A stretch of 64,000 nt of DNA, taken from Candidatus Latescibacterota bacterium (GTDB lineage: Bacteria > Latescibacterota > UBA2968 > GCA-2709665). Below the pieces are notes generated by a model. That model saw only the letters and a list, made by a program, of their open reading frames with translations, had not been told where the DNA came from and ran no database searches. The position numbers and the translations under genes are program-made. Of the stretch, positions 9,003 to 18,564 are shown one piece after another. Position 1 is the stretch's first letter. Every line of letters starts with the position of its first letter. The stretch lies in the NCBI GenBank assembly GCA_965203805.1, contig OZ241917.1:2752001-2816000 (forward strand). Direction: 5' to 3'.

Positions 9003-11663
9003 TCAAGATTGGACCGGCTCCCAATTGAACCCTCGGATTTTCTCAATCAACTGTTCTCGAGCGTCGCGCCCGTCGACAGTTTTCTCCGCGACGATGAAGA
9101 GACCCTTCCCCTCGCTCGCTTTCTCCCATAGTTCGCCAATGGTGCGCTTTTCAGCGGTATCCATCCCATCAGCAATATGCGCGCCTTTGTATTCGACCAT
9201 CAAGAGGCGACTATCCGACAATTGCGCAACGAAGTCCGGATAGAACTTACCCGTCGCTGTCGGCAACCAGAACGAATCCGGATGACGTGCCACGTTTCGA
9301 ATCCAGTACGTGACTTCCGGGAGGCTGTCTATTATCTGAGCGCACTGGACCTCCTCACCCTCTTCAGCGCCGTCAAAGGCCGGAACGTTATCTGAACCCA
9401 AATAGTGCTTTCTCGGTATCCAGCGCCCGCGATAATGTTTTTGATCCCGGTACATTCCGGCTTGGAACGAGAATGCGGTATCGAACGAAACAGAAACTCT
9501 GGATTCGGGTGCAAATAGGTAGCTCTGGTAGACACTGTGCCGTTCCTGGAGCCGAATCGTGTTAATTTTGTCTTGGATCTTCCTGGCAAGCAGGTATTTG
9601 CACCGCATCAGCGCAGAGATGCGCAAGCTCCGTGCGTTAAGCAAATGGGCAACCAATTCGCGCAGCCATCTCAAGAGTTCGCGCTGGTGAATATCCATCT
9701 GGCGCACCTGTCGGTCGAGCCAAAGGACGAGTGCTTCTGGTGTCCACCCTTCCACGTCGACGTTCAGCGTCATTTGTTCCTCGGCGCTGGCGAAGCGGTA
9801 GGAAATGCGCCTGCCATCAAGGTCGATCTCAAAGCTGCGTGCCGTCTCATGGATCGTAAACTCGTGCTCATCAAACTTTGGAGAATGGTCGAGCAACGAC
9901 CATTCGTGATATTCCATGTACACGTCGGTATCGGCGAATTCAAGCTTCCCTTGGACATTCGACATCAAACGCGGAACCTTGAATTCCCGGCCCTGTTCGG
10001 CCGGTGAAACTTGATCCTTGACGTTGACGCGATAGTTCGCAACGGCATTGGCGAAAGCCTTTCTCTCTGGCCCAGGCAACTTCTCGCAAATAGCCTTCTC
10101 GCTGCTTTCGCTGATCCAGCCCGTAATCGCGATTTCGACCTTCCCGTCAGCCGTTTCGCGCACCAGCATTTTCTCGTGGTTCACCTCCTTGAGTGCATAC
10201 AAGACTTCGGTTTTCGCCGTGACCTCGTGAGCAAACACCGGCTCCGGCTCGTCCTGTGTGCGATAGAGGTCACCCTGGTCGTCGAATGTGTGCTGAACCT
10301 GTTCGATATTTTCCAGGGCCTCGTCTTCCTCAAAACCCATGGCCACCAGTTTGTCAGCAAGCCCACGCGCGGCCTGTCCAAAGGACGGTTCGGAAAGGAA
10401 GGCATAAGCCTTATTGAGATCTGCATCCTCTCGCCTCGTCGCGTACGGCATCCGAAGCACGCGACCGAGCAGCTGCTCCACGTCTTTCGCGCTCTGAATA
10501 CGCGACACGGAGCAGAAAACGTACGCGAACGAACAGTCCCACCCTTCCTTGAGCGCCTCAACCGTAATGAGGTACTCGATAGGACAGACCGGGTTGAAAA
10601 GGTCAATGCCGTCGAGCTGCCGCTGTTCGCCGGTTGCGACGGCAATCTTCTCTTCGGTTACATGCTCGACGTCAATCAGATGCGTTTTCAACGCCTGGAC
10701 CGGAACGTCCTGATTTCTCGCCTGCGCCTGGAAGAGGACGATTGGACGAATGTAGTCTGAGTCATCCCGGGCTTTTTCCGACAACGCGGCACGGGCCGCC
10801 ACCGCGCCGTTTACTGCGCTCTGCCAAGTGTCGTACTCGGAAAGTGCAATCGGCAGTTTGATCATCTCCTCACGCTTGATTTCGAGCGCGGAAACGCTGT
10901 GCAGAATGTTTGATCTTTTCTGTGGCGTAGCCGTAAACTCGATAATCCCGCACGGGTTTACTCGCGCCTGCATCTCCCTGGTTAGCCCGGTCACGGCGTT
11001 GTGTGCCTCGTCGACCACCATCAATGGGCGATGCAGATGCAGCAAGTTGGCAAAGGAGAATTTGACAGTCCCGTTATTCAGCACCTCCAGACCAGCCGCT
11101 GTGTGTTGCGCCATGGCGAAGTGCGGTTCCATCTCTTCGCTGTGCGCGTAGACCTTGCGTCCTTCTGTGCTTTTTACCCTCAACGTCTGGATCGTACCGA
11201 CCACAATACAACATCGGTCCCGCAGGTCGTGAGGGCGGATGTGTGTGAAATCTGAAATGTCAAATATCCGCACTCGACCATCGAAGGCCTCGTCGAGTAC
11301 CTGCCGATACGCATGGCGTGTGTTCTTCAGTGCGTCGACCGTCTGCCGACGTATGGTATTCGTCGGCACCAGCCACAGGACCAACGGATAGTCCCTCTCA
11401 ATCCAGGTGCCTTGGGCAATGGAAACGGAATGCGCAGCCAGGATGGTCTTGCCACCACCCGTGGGCAGACGCAGGCAGATATAGGGGACGTCCGGCAATT
11501 CCAATAAGGGTACATATGCTCCGCAATATCCGCCAAGCCGCGCGGCCTGCTCCGGTTCCCTCGTTATCGCTTCGTAGGCGTTCTTCGGCCCGGCGACACG
11601 CGCCTCCTCAAAAAACCGGCGCAGGACTGAGAGTGTCTCGATCTGAAATCGTTTGAGTTGCAT
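9003..11663 (-). CDS. res: Type III restriction endonuclease Res subunit (SF2 helicase + PD-(D/E)xK nuclease)
   Basis: LPTGGGKT (Walker A), VVDEAH, EFTATP, ALKEGWDC, EQLLGRVLR, C-terminal FYPDF...VEYKG; uninterrupted 886 aa. Confidence 0.92.
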   Translation of the reverse strand: MQLKRFQIETLSVLRRFFEEARVAGPKNAYEAITREPEQAARLGGYCGAYVPLLELPDVPYICLRLPTGGGKTILAAHSVSIAQGTWIERDYPLVLWLVPTNTIRRQTVDALKNTRHAYRQVLDEAFDGRVRIFDISDFTHIRPHDLRDRCCIVVGTIQTLRVKSTEGRKVYAHSEEMEPHFAMAQHTAAGLEVLNNGTVKFSFANLLHLHRPLMVVDEAHNAVTGLTREMQARVNPCGIIEFTATPQKRSNILHSVSALEIKREEMIKLPIALSEYDTWQSAVNGAVAARAALSEKARDDSDYIRPIVLFQAQARNQDVPVQALKTHLIDVEHVTEEKIAVATGEQRQLDGIDLFNPVCPIEYLITVEALKEGWDCSFAYVFCSVSRIQSAKDVEQLLGRVLRMPYATRREDADLNKAYAFLSEPSFGQAARGLADKLVAMGFEEDEALENIEQVQHTFDDQGDLYRTQDEPEPVFAHEVTAKTEVLYALKEVNHEKMLVRETADGKVEIAITGWISESSEKAICEKLPGPERKAFANAVANYRVNVKDQVSPAEQGREFKVPRLMSNVQGKLEFADTDVYMEYHEWSLLDHSPKFDEHEFTIHETARSFEIDLDGRRISYRFASAEEQMTLNVDVEGWTPEALVLWLDRQVRQMDIHQRELLRWLRELVAHLLNARSLRISALMRCKYLLARKIQDKINTIRLQERHSVYQSYLFAPESRVSVSFDTAFSFQAGMYRDQKHYRGRWIPRKHYLGSDNVPAFDGAEEGEEVQCAQIIDSLPEVTYWIRNVARHPDSFWLPTATGKFYPDFVAQLSDSRLLMVEYKGAHIADGMDTAEKRTIGELWEKASEGKGLFIVAEKTVDGRDAREQLIEKIRGFNWEPVQS

Positions 11664-11685
11664 GGATCAGTACCGAAAATCCTCT

Positions 11686-12219
11686 CTAAATCGCAGGCGA
11701 CTCTGAGAGTACCGCGGCTTCTTTGAGGCCGAGGTCGTACAGCAGATCCCTGGCTCTCTCGATCCGTCCACCCGCCGCTTTGAGAGGCTTGCGCATTTTC
11801 AACTCTTCAATTGGCCGGTCGCCATAGCCATTTTCCTTCAGAAATACGATAGTAGCGGCGAGTTCCAATACGACATCCGATGCATCCGCCATTTTCTGTA
11901 GTCGTTCCCGAGCATCGGCAGCTGAAAGTTCACCCAAGTTATCCGGATAGGCATCAGTGGCTTTCTTCTTGAAACTCAGGTAAGAGACATCGTACCGGCC
12001 GAGCTTTTGCTTGATTTCAATCCGATCTTCGGCCTGTGCGTCGGCCCATCCATCCGCAAGCTCAAAGGAATACGGACCGTGATGGTAATAGAAGAACGAG
12101 ATCCCGAATTCCGCCCCGCAGCGATCCAGCAGGTAGGCTTCCCTCTGCAGCCGGGTCTGACCGTTCAATTCGTGACCGCTCAGTTTAACCAAATCGACTA
12201 CGACGTCTTTTGCGTTCAT
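11686..12219 (-). CDS. YwgA / SocA(Panacea)-like winged-helix protein
   Basis: GQTRLQREAYLL and FFYYHHGPYSFEL motifs, LELAATIVFL; start overlaps the HD gene stop (ATGA). Confidence 0.7.
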   Translation of the reverse strand: MNAKDVVVDLVKLSGHELNGQTRLQREAYLLDRCGAEFGISFFYYHHGPYSFELADGWADAQAEDRIEIKQKLGRYDVSYLSFKKKATDAYPDNLGELSAADARERLQKMADASDVVLELAATIVFLKENGYGDRPIEELKMRKPLKAAGGRIERARDLLYDLGLKEAAVLSESPAI

Positions 12220-13574
12220 TTGTTGATCTCCTCCATCATTCGAGTGATTTCTTCTATTTGGCGTTGTTCCGGGGCGTAAACCCGCTGAATACGCTCTACG
12301 TCACGAAGCGCAGGTACAATGCTCGACATGTTGGCAATATCCTTTGGTTCGTGATCTTCGGCGCGCGTCTTTACGAGTATTTTATTGAGTGCCGAAGAAT
12401 CCTCAAAACTGTACCATTCGTAAAGCGTGACCGAAGCGTCGTCGAACAAAAGGCTGTCGAAACCCGAGTATCGATCACTCAATTCTCGCCGGAAGCGGAG
12501 ATATAGATTACCTTGTGCGTCGCCCCGTGCCTGCATTCCGACATCCAGGCACTTGTAAAGACGGCGTTCGCGCAGACGGCTTGCTAACTCAGCGATGTGG
12601 GTGTGGGATGAAGAAGCAAGAGCGGACAGGGTTGTCCAAACTGAGGCATCGTCAAGTTCGAGATACGAACCCAACGACGGCGATTCGTCCGTAAAATACC
12701 GCAAGAATGGCTCTTGCTGTGCCAGTTGGCTCTCTCGACAATCCTGCGTGAAGGTTCTTAGCATAGCGCCAAGCATCTTCTCGGCCGCCCGTGTAGTTTT
12801 GTGCATATAGACCGCTTTGTAGAGGCGGAAACGGGCCTCCAGATATTCCTCCGCCACCTGCAGACCCTTGAAATTGAGATATAGACAAGGTACTCTTACC
12901 GGAGCATCCTCATCTACAGTGACCGAGCCGACCTCCAGACAGTCGAACAGCCAGTCACGATCGAGATGCGCGAACTCGACTCCAGTCATCAGGCGGTCCC
13001 GCTGCAGGTAGTCGAGTCGGTCGGCGTCGAACTGACTGGAAACCACAGTGGCGTAGATGTCCTTTGGCTCTTCCTCCTTAATAACCGCGCTAATGTCTCC
13101 CGGCAGCTCCGTGTCCACCTCTTGCAATATGCTCTTGACCTCCGTATCTCCCTGGAGGATCTCCGCACTCCAGTCTTCATGGCGTTTCCTTCCGCCCGTG
13201 GCCTGAACAACCTGTTCGAAGACGTGACTCAAAGGCCCATGTCCGATATCGTGCAGTAGCGCTGCTAACAGCGCTACCCTCGCTCGTTCCTTGTCAAACT
13301 CCTTGTTTTTCAGGCGGCGTCTGATCACTTCAATGAGTAGCCGTGCAGTGTGATAGACACCGACAGCGTGTGCGAATCGGCTATGTGTCGCGCCGGGATA
13401 CACCAGGTCGGAGAATCCCAAATGACGGATTTGGCGCAACCGCTGAAACTCGGGCGTGTTGAGCAAACGCCAAGCGATTTCATCTGTCTCGTTCTGGGCT
13501 TTGTCATTTCCGTCCCCGAACACAATTAGGCCATGAACCGGGTCGCGGATGCGCCATGTTTCACTATCGATCAT
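12216..13574 (-). CDS. HD-domain phosphohydrolase, SAMHD1/YwfO/EF1143-like dNTP triphosphohydrolase family
   Basis: IRDPVHG, EFQRLR.I..LG, YPGATHSRFAH, ALLHDIGHGPLSH.FE, DADRLDYLQRD, ARFRLYKAVYMHKT; ATG at 13574 follows GAGGAG. Confidence 0.9.
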   Translation of the reverse strand: MIDSETWRIRDPVHGLIVFGDGNDKAQNETDEIAWRLLNTPEFQRLRQIRHLGFSDLVYPGATHSRFAHAVGVYHTARLLIEVIRRRLKNKEFDKERARVALLAALLHDIGHGPLSHVFEQVVQATGGRKRHEDWSAEILQGDTEVKSILQEVDTELPGDISAVIKEEEPKDIYATVVSSQFDADRLDYLQRDRLMTGVEFAHLDRDWLFDCLEVGSVTVDEDAPVRVPCLYLNFKGLQVAEEYLEARFRLYKAVYMHKTTRAAEKMLGAMLRTFTQDCRESQLAQQEPFLRYFTDESPSLGSYLELDDASVWTTLSALASSSHTHIAELASRLRERRLYKCLDVGMQARGDAQGNLYLRFRRELSDRYSGFDSLLFDDASVTLYEWYSFEDSSALNKILVKTRAEDHEPKDIANMSSIVPALRDVERIQRVYAPEQRQIEEITRMMEEINK

Positions 13575-14298
13575 CCACTCTCCTCTTGAATGCTCCTCGG
13601 TTTTTATCAGCGTCACGTAGAATTACAACCACGCCCAGACGCATTCTGCCGTTTCATTTGCTTACCTTCACATCATAAGGTGTTTGCTTGAAAACGATGC
13701 CCTCACGGTCGAGAGTCGCAGGCGTTAAGCGCGACTGCTCGCCATATACTGTCAGTGGACCGTCGAAACTCGCATCGCGCCGCGCGATCTCCGTACGAAT
13801 AGTCGCCAGAGTCCTTCGGGTCAAGACATTGCCGCGGCCCGGTTGCCCGTCACCGAGGATGCCGTCGTACAGCAGAGCGTAGGCGCGACCATCGTGCAGA
13901 CCGAGGAGTGGCGAAGCGTCGTTGCCGAGCCACGGACTCCCCGTCTCGCTGAAATAGATATGGGCGGCTAACACAGAAAAGTTTATATCCGATCGAATAT
14001 GCCCGTCCTCGTCGAAGACCGGCGGCCCTAGCCGATAGAAGCGAAACCCACCTCCGCCGTGCCAATTAACGATCTTGGAGATGCCACCCTGTTCGCCGTC
14101 AATAACTTTCCTCAAACGCGGGACACAATGTGTCACAGCGTGCTCACCCATTTCTATGCCGATGTACCGCCGACCCATCTTGTGCGCCACCGCTGCCGTG
14201 GTACCGGAGCCGAGGAAGGAATCGATGACCAGATCACCAGGACTAGTAAAGAGTTCCAAGACACGCTTAATGAGTGCCTCCGGCTTTTTACCCTTCGG

Positions 14299-14587
14299 CA
14301 CTGCTGTCCAAGAACCGTCGGATTCTCAGAGATAAGGTTCGAAATATAGCTTCAATTGGCGATTTTGGACGGGTTTGACCCGGATAATGAAAACCAGGTT
14401 GCCATCGTCTGCGCAATGCTGTCCAAGAACAAAGTGACTCATCCAGTGGCCATAATCGTGCTGTTCCCGTCTCATTAAGCCCGTGAAATAGGCACTTTTT
14501 GAAACTCACGCTACCTTGGTCGAAGCGCTGCTTCGCGGAAGTGAACCAGATGCTGTCCAAGACAGAAACCGATTTTGGACAGGTGTG
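14299..14587. mobile_element. 289-bp non-autonomous miniature element (MITE-like) with 9-bp target duplication
   Basis: ACCCTTCGG duplicated at 14290-14298 and 14588-14596; ends CACTGCTGTCCAAGAA and (reverse complement) CACACCTGTCCAAAAT; extra internal copies of the ends. Confidence 0.88.
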
Positions 14588-14974
14588 ACCCTTCGGGAAT
14601 TTTACGCCACCTTCATTGTGAAGGTTATTCGAACGGAGGTCGTCCCAAAGATTGGTTAGCGGTTCGCCTGATACCAACTCACCATCAATATCTTTGAGTT
14701 TGTCTCGATAAAAAAGCCAGCGCTTACCGTTACACAGGTAAATGTCAGAATAACCCTGCCGAACTTGACAATATACGCGGTTCGGATTATTCCGGGAGAT
14801 GTCGATCATTTTTCGGGTCTCTTGACCTACACCATCATACGCTGGCGGGACCGGCTGAACCACCCTGTCTGCATTCCCTAGCACGAATTCGTCAAGCGCA
14901 TTCTCATACTGATCTCCAAGACGCCTCTTCTGTTCGCTAGAGGTCTCGTTTGATGACTTAGAGAAAGCCCTTAA

Positions 14975-16655
14975 CCCGACCTATTCATGAAATTGACCGG
15001 AACAGTATTTTTGGAAGTAGGAAGTGTTCTGTAGAAGAGAAAACAATAGAATGAGGTGTTGTTGGCGGGTTGATGAGTGATTTTGGTTGGGCCGTCAGCA
15101 TCAAGGGGTGTCGAGTTCGTGAATTTGTGGTTTGAGAGGACGGACGGATGCCTTGGTCTTACCTGGCGGCTATGATCAAGGGATGGCGGGACCTGCGTGA
15201 AGCGGCGTTATGGAACTGCCATTGCCAAATTACAGAGGATGGTGTCATAGAGGTGTTTCAAGGGAAATGAGGTTGGCAAATGGAGTTTGATTTTGGTTTT
15301 GAGTTCGGACACGCTCCCTGCGACTTTGAGGATGCGATTCTGAATGGTATTAAACTGGGCGTGCGTCCATTGGGTGGTCCGGAGTCCTTTTTCGGTAAGG
15401 GTGTGCATCAAGACATAAGCGGCACTATGCAGCAGGAGACGGAAGTGATTGGCTTCGAAGGTGTGGCAGGAGGTGCGATCGGAATGGAGAAAGGTTTTGT
15501 GATTCTTGATGAAGTTTTCCATCCTGCCGCGCGCACAATAGACGGTTTTGTAGATGAATGAGGGCTGGCTACTTTTCAGGTTGGTGACGACAAAGCGTGT
15601 ATTGGCTTGCCCCGAGGCGGTGATTTCAGCTTTGTAGATGATGCGTCTTGGCACGGCCCAAGTCGTTGCCTGGTAATCGAAACTGGCAAATAACTGCACG
15701 GGCTGTCCGGTTTCCCGATACCGGGCCTTTGCCTGCTCGATCAACGCGTGTCCCCGTTGTGCAAGCCTGGCATTGCCCGTCTGTCCCAGCGTAAAATACA
15801 CCGCTTGCTCGTCGCAAAAGTCGTGGACCTCAGGACAGGAAAAATGGCCATCGCCACGTAAATAGATACCCACGTCCGGCCACGCCTCACGAAGCATTTT
15901 CACCAGTCGCTTGAGAATGCTGACAATCTGTTTGCCGGTAGGACGGGCGCCCGGACGCAAAAGCGTCGTGATCAGTCTTCCTGTCCGGCCTTCATAAATG
16001 TGCAAGGGACAATAACAGCGTTCATTGTAATAGCCATTGAAAAACGACAACTGTTGCTTGCCGTGAACCTCGTCATCGGTGTCATCGATATCCAGAACGA
16101 CCCCTTCGGGAGGCCTATCGTAGGACGCGATGAATCCGTCCACAAGGGCCTCGGCAATGCGATATAAGTCCCGGCGACGAATGCCGTTTTCCAATCGACT
16201 CATCGTGGGTTGGCTGGCCAACGGCGCCCCTGATATCGGCAACCGATCACAGGCCGCCTTGAACGCAGGGTCAAAGCGCAGCAAATTGCAATCGTTCGCA
16301 TCCTCATACGCGCACGCGATCTGAAAGACACGCTGGCTGATCAGATCCGCCATCGGGTGATCCACGTAACTGGGATGCCGACGGTCCGGCAACGCCTCGA
16401 CGATCCGAGACAGGATGCCGTTTTTGGACTCCACCTCTCGAAGCAGCATCAAACCCATATCGCTGGTGAGCACACCGCCATCGAAGACCGCTTCTACCTG
16501 CTTGCCAGAAATACTTGCGAAAGGAAGTGCGGCTTGTTTATCTTGAACTTCCACGGTAGTTTCCTCCTGTTTCATTGTGTTATGGTTATTTGCGTAACCA
16601 CAATATAATACAATGACTTGGGTATGGAAACTACCTTTTTTGTGAATAATTGGGG
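14975..16655 (-). mobile_element. IS1380-family insertion sequence (1681 bp)
   Basis: TTAA duplicated at 14971-14974 and 16656-16659; imperfect IRs CCCGACCTATTCATGAAA / CCCCAATTATTCACAAAA. Confidence 0.93.
15208..16554 (-). CDS. IS1380-family DDE transposase
   Basis: FDGG.LTSD.G, YEDANDC..LR.DP, LASQPTMSRLEN, LDIDDTDD..HG.QQ, RGDGHF, YCARGRMENFIK; GTG at 16554 follows AGGAGG (alternative ATG at 16575). Confidence 0.93.
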   Translation of the reverse strand: MEVQDKQAALPFASISGKQVEAVFDGGVLTSDMGLMLLREVESKNGILSRIVEALPDRRHPSYVDHPMADLISQRVFQIACAYEDANDCNLLRFDPAFKAACDRLPISGAPLASQPTMSRLENGIRRRDLYRIAEALVDGFIASYDRPPEGVVLDIDDTDDEVHGKQQLSFFNGYYNERCYCPLHIYEGRTGRLITTLLRPGARPTGKQIVSILKRLVKMLREAWPDVGIYLRGDGHFSCPEVHDFCDEQAVYFTLGQTGNARLAQRGHALIEQAKARYRETGQPVQLFASFDYQATTWAVPRRIIYKAEITASGQANTRFVVTNLKSSQPSFIYKTVYCARGRMENFIKNHKTFLHSDRTSCHTFEANHFRLLLHSAAYVLMHTLTEKGLRTTQWTHAQFNTIQNRILKVAGSVSELKTKIKLHLPTSFPLKHLYDTILCNLAMAVP

Positions 16656-17279
16656 TTAAGAGCGGAATTAGCCTCCACTTTGAATATTCATCTTCGAAGT
16701 TTTCTATGAAGGAAGAATATCTGACGTCTCGATTTCGTTTCGTAAAGACCCGATTTGGCCTCCAATGCCTAGACTTATCCCGAGCATACATAACTATGTA
16801 ATTCGTAACTGTAACCACACCGGGATTGATCGCTTTGTGCCCGACTGCTGCAGCCTGACGAAATGTGCATAAATTGATGCGGTTTTTCCTTCCAAAGATC
16901 TCATCCAGTATAACGATGCAGTAGGCAAGTTCTTCATCGTCAAGGTGAACGACAATTGTACCGGTCGGAGCAAGCAAATCGCGTAGCAACTCAAGGCGGG
17001 GGCACATCATGCCGAGCCAGATTGAGTGTTCCATATTGTCGTCATAGTGCTGAAACGCCTGACCCGTGTTGAATGGTGGATCAATGTATATACAATTCAC
17101 CTGCCCGGCAAAGAAAGGCAGAAGCGCCTTCAGTGCTTGCAGATTATCACCCTGGATGAGCAGATTACCTTCGTCCAATTTCCCGGTGGAAAGGTCGGAG
17201 GCTTCTTCCAGCAGTCGAAAGGGCACCTGTGATGTAACTTGAATGTCGGCTTCTCGTGTCAACCAGCTAAGGGTTGGCA

Positions 17280-18500
17280 TCAGCTATCCTCCTCAGTTAT
17301 TCCCGACATGGCTTCTTCGTACACGGCAATCCATTTATCGGCTTCTTTTTCCGTGTAGGCCCCCGTAACGGCTTCACTGTATCCTGCCGGTAGTTCATCT
17401 CTCTTCGGCTGACCAATGTGCGGTTGCAACTTCCCTCGAAGCTTTTCTGCTCCTTCGTCAGGCAAGTCTTTGGCGAAGGAGTCCACTTGCTCCCGACTCA
17501 GGTCACCCGCGAAGATTACGTCGTGTAGTTCGGTTTTTTTGCCAATTTGATTCCGCATACGATCTGCAAACTTGTGAGGTGCACGGCCACCACATACACC
17601 CTGTAGTTGCGCTTGGAAGAGATCGGCCCCTTGCAGGTGCACCCCGGTAAATCTGGCGCCTTGCAAACATGCTAGGTATAGCCTGGCGCCTTGCATCTGC
17701 GCGCCAAAGAGCTCGGCGCCTATCAGGCACGCCGTGAAAAGTTGAGCCCCCTGCATGTGCGCCTCAATAAAATCAGCCGCCTGCAGGTGTGCCATTTCAA
17801 GATTAGCCCCTTGCAGATGCGCCTCCCGAAAATTGGCTCTTTGCAGGTGTGCCTTATAGAAAATGGTCCCTTGCAGGTGCGCATTTGCCAGGTCAGCCTT
17901 TTCCAAATGCGCTTCCCTGACGTCCGCACCGTTCAGGTAGCTTTCCTTTAAGTTTACGTGGAGACCTCTGAAGATCTCATGGTTCTTAACGAACAGCAGG
18001 GTCAGTAGACTCTGCACTTCCTCCGAGGGTTTCGACTTTTGCTTTTTCCGATATTCATCCTCGCCTGTCGTCTGACGAATATGAGCGCAGAGAATGTCCT
18101 GTACCGTCTGTCTCAATGCGGCAGTATCGTCCGCCAGATGGACGAGTTCGTAGGCCCCGCCCAGCCGAACTGATTCGGATACGTGTCCCAGATGTTCAAT
18201 GGCATTCTTCATGCGCTCTTGCAGCAGTCCTTGTTCAGCGGATACAGTTCTATCCTCCATCGCTTTTGCACGTCTGTTAGAAGCATGAGCTTGCAGGGCG
18301 ATCAGAATTCCGCCCATGGCTATTCCAACGAACTTTAGGATTTCAGATTTTTCGGAAACTCCAAGATGCTCAGAGACCTTTGTCTCGAAACTATCGAAGA
18401 AAAGAACACCCACGAAAACCGCGAGAGTCAGAACAAGCACGGCGATCAACGTGTTCTGAAGAGTGCAATGTCCGGTAATCACATAACTAAGGCGTTCCAT
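17280..18500 (-). CDS. Membrane-anchored pentapeptide-repeat protein
   Basis: Two N-terminal TM helices, AIEHLGH..ESVRLGGAYEL domain, A(H/Q)LQGA(N/D)L repeats; stop overlaps the mod ATG (TGATG). Confidence 0.88.
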   Translation of the reverse strand: MERLSYVITGHCTLQNTLIAVLVLTLAVFVGVLFFDSFETKVSEHLGVSEKSEILKFVGIAMGGILIALQAHASNRRAKAMEDRTVSAEQGLLQERMKNAIEHLGHVSESVRLGGAYELVHLADDTAALRQTVQDILCAHIRQTTGEDEYRKKQKSKPSEEVQSLLTLLFVKNHEIFRGLHVNLKESYLNGADVREAHLEKADLANAHLQGTIFYKAHLQRANFREAHLQGANLEMAHLQAADFIEAHMQGAQLFTACLIGAELFGAQMQGARLYLACLQGARFTGVHLQGADLFQAQLQGVCGGRAPHKFADRMRNQIGKKTELHDVIFAGDLSREQVDSFAKDLPDEGAEKLRGKLQPHIGQPKRDELPAGYSEAVTGAYTEKEADKWIAVYEEAMSGITEEDS

Positions 18501-18564
18501 AACTGACCTCGTAGGAATTCAAATTGCATATCGTGCAATACATCCGTCTGCCCTGATCTCGCCA

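Larger units (their letters stand above)
13654..17280 (-). pseudogene. mod: Type III DNA methyltransferase Mod, interrupted by two insertions
   Basis: N-part LIQGDNL, IYIDPPFNTG (16660-17280); middle part ...GEPLTNLWDD...GGVKFPKG (14588-14974); C-part KKPEALIKRVLE, DSFLGSGTTAAVAHKMGRRYIGIE (13654-14298). Excising both inserts and one copy of each duplication leaves 1644 nt in a single frame. Confidence 0.92.

Noticed and set aside
14299-14587. Repeat-spacer pattern as a CRISPR array
   Set aside because: Repeats are only about 12-17 nt, occur in both orientations with irregular spacing, are bracketed by a target duplication, and no cas genes are present.
15208-17280. 690-aa ORF as a novel evolved methyltransferase-transposase protein
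   Set aside because: The TTAA duplication and IRs show a plain IS1380 insertion into mod; the rest of mod continues beyond the IS.
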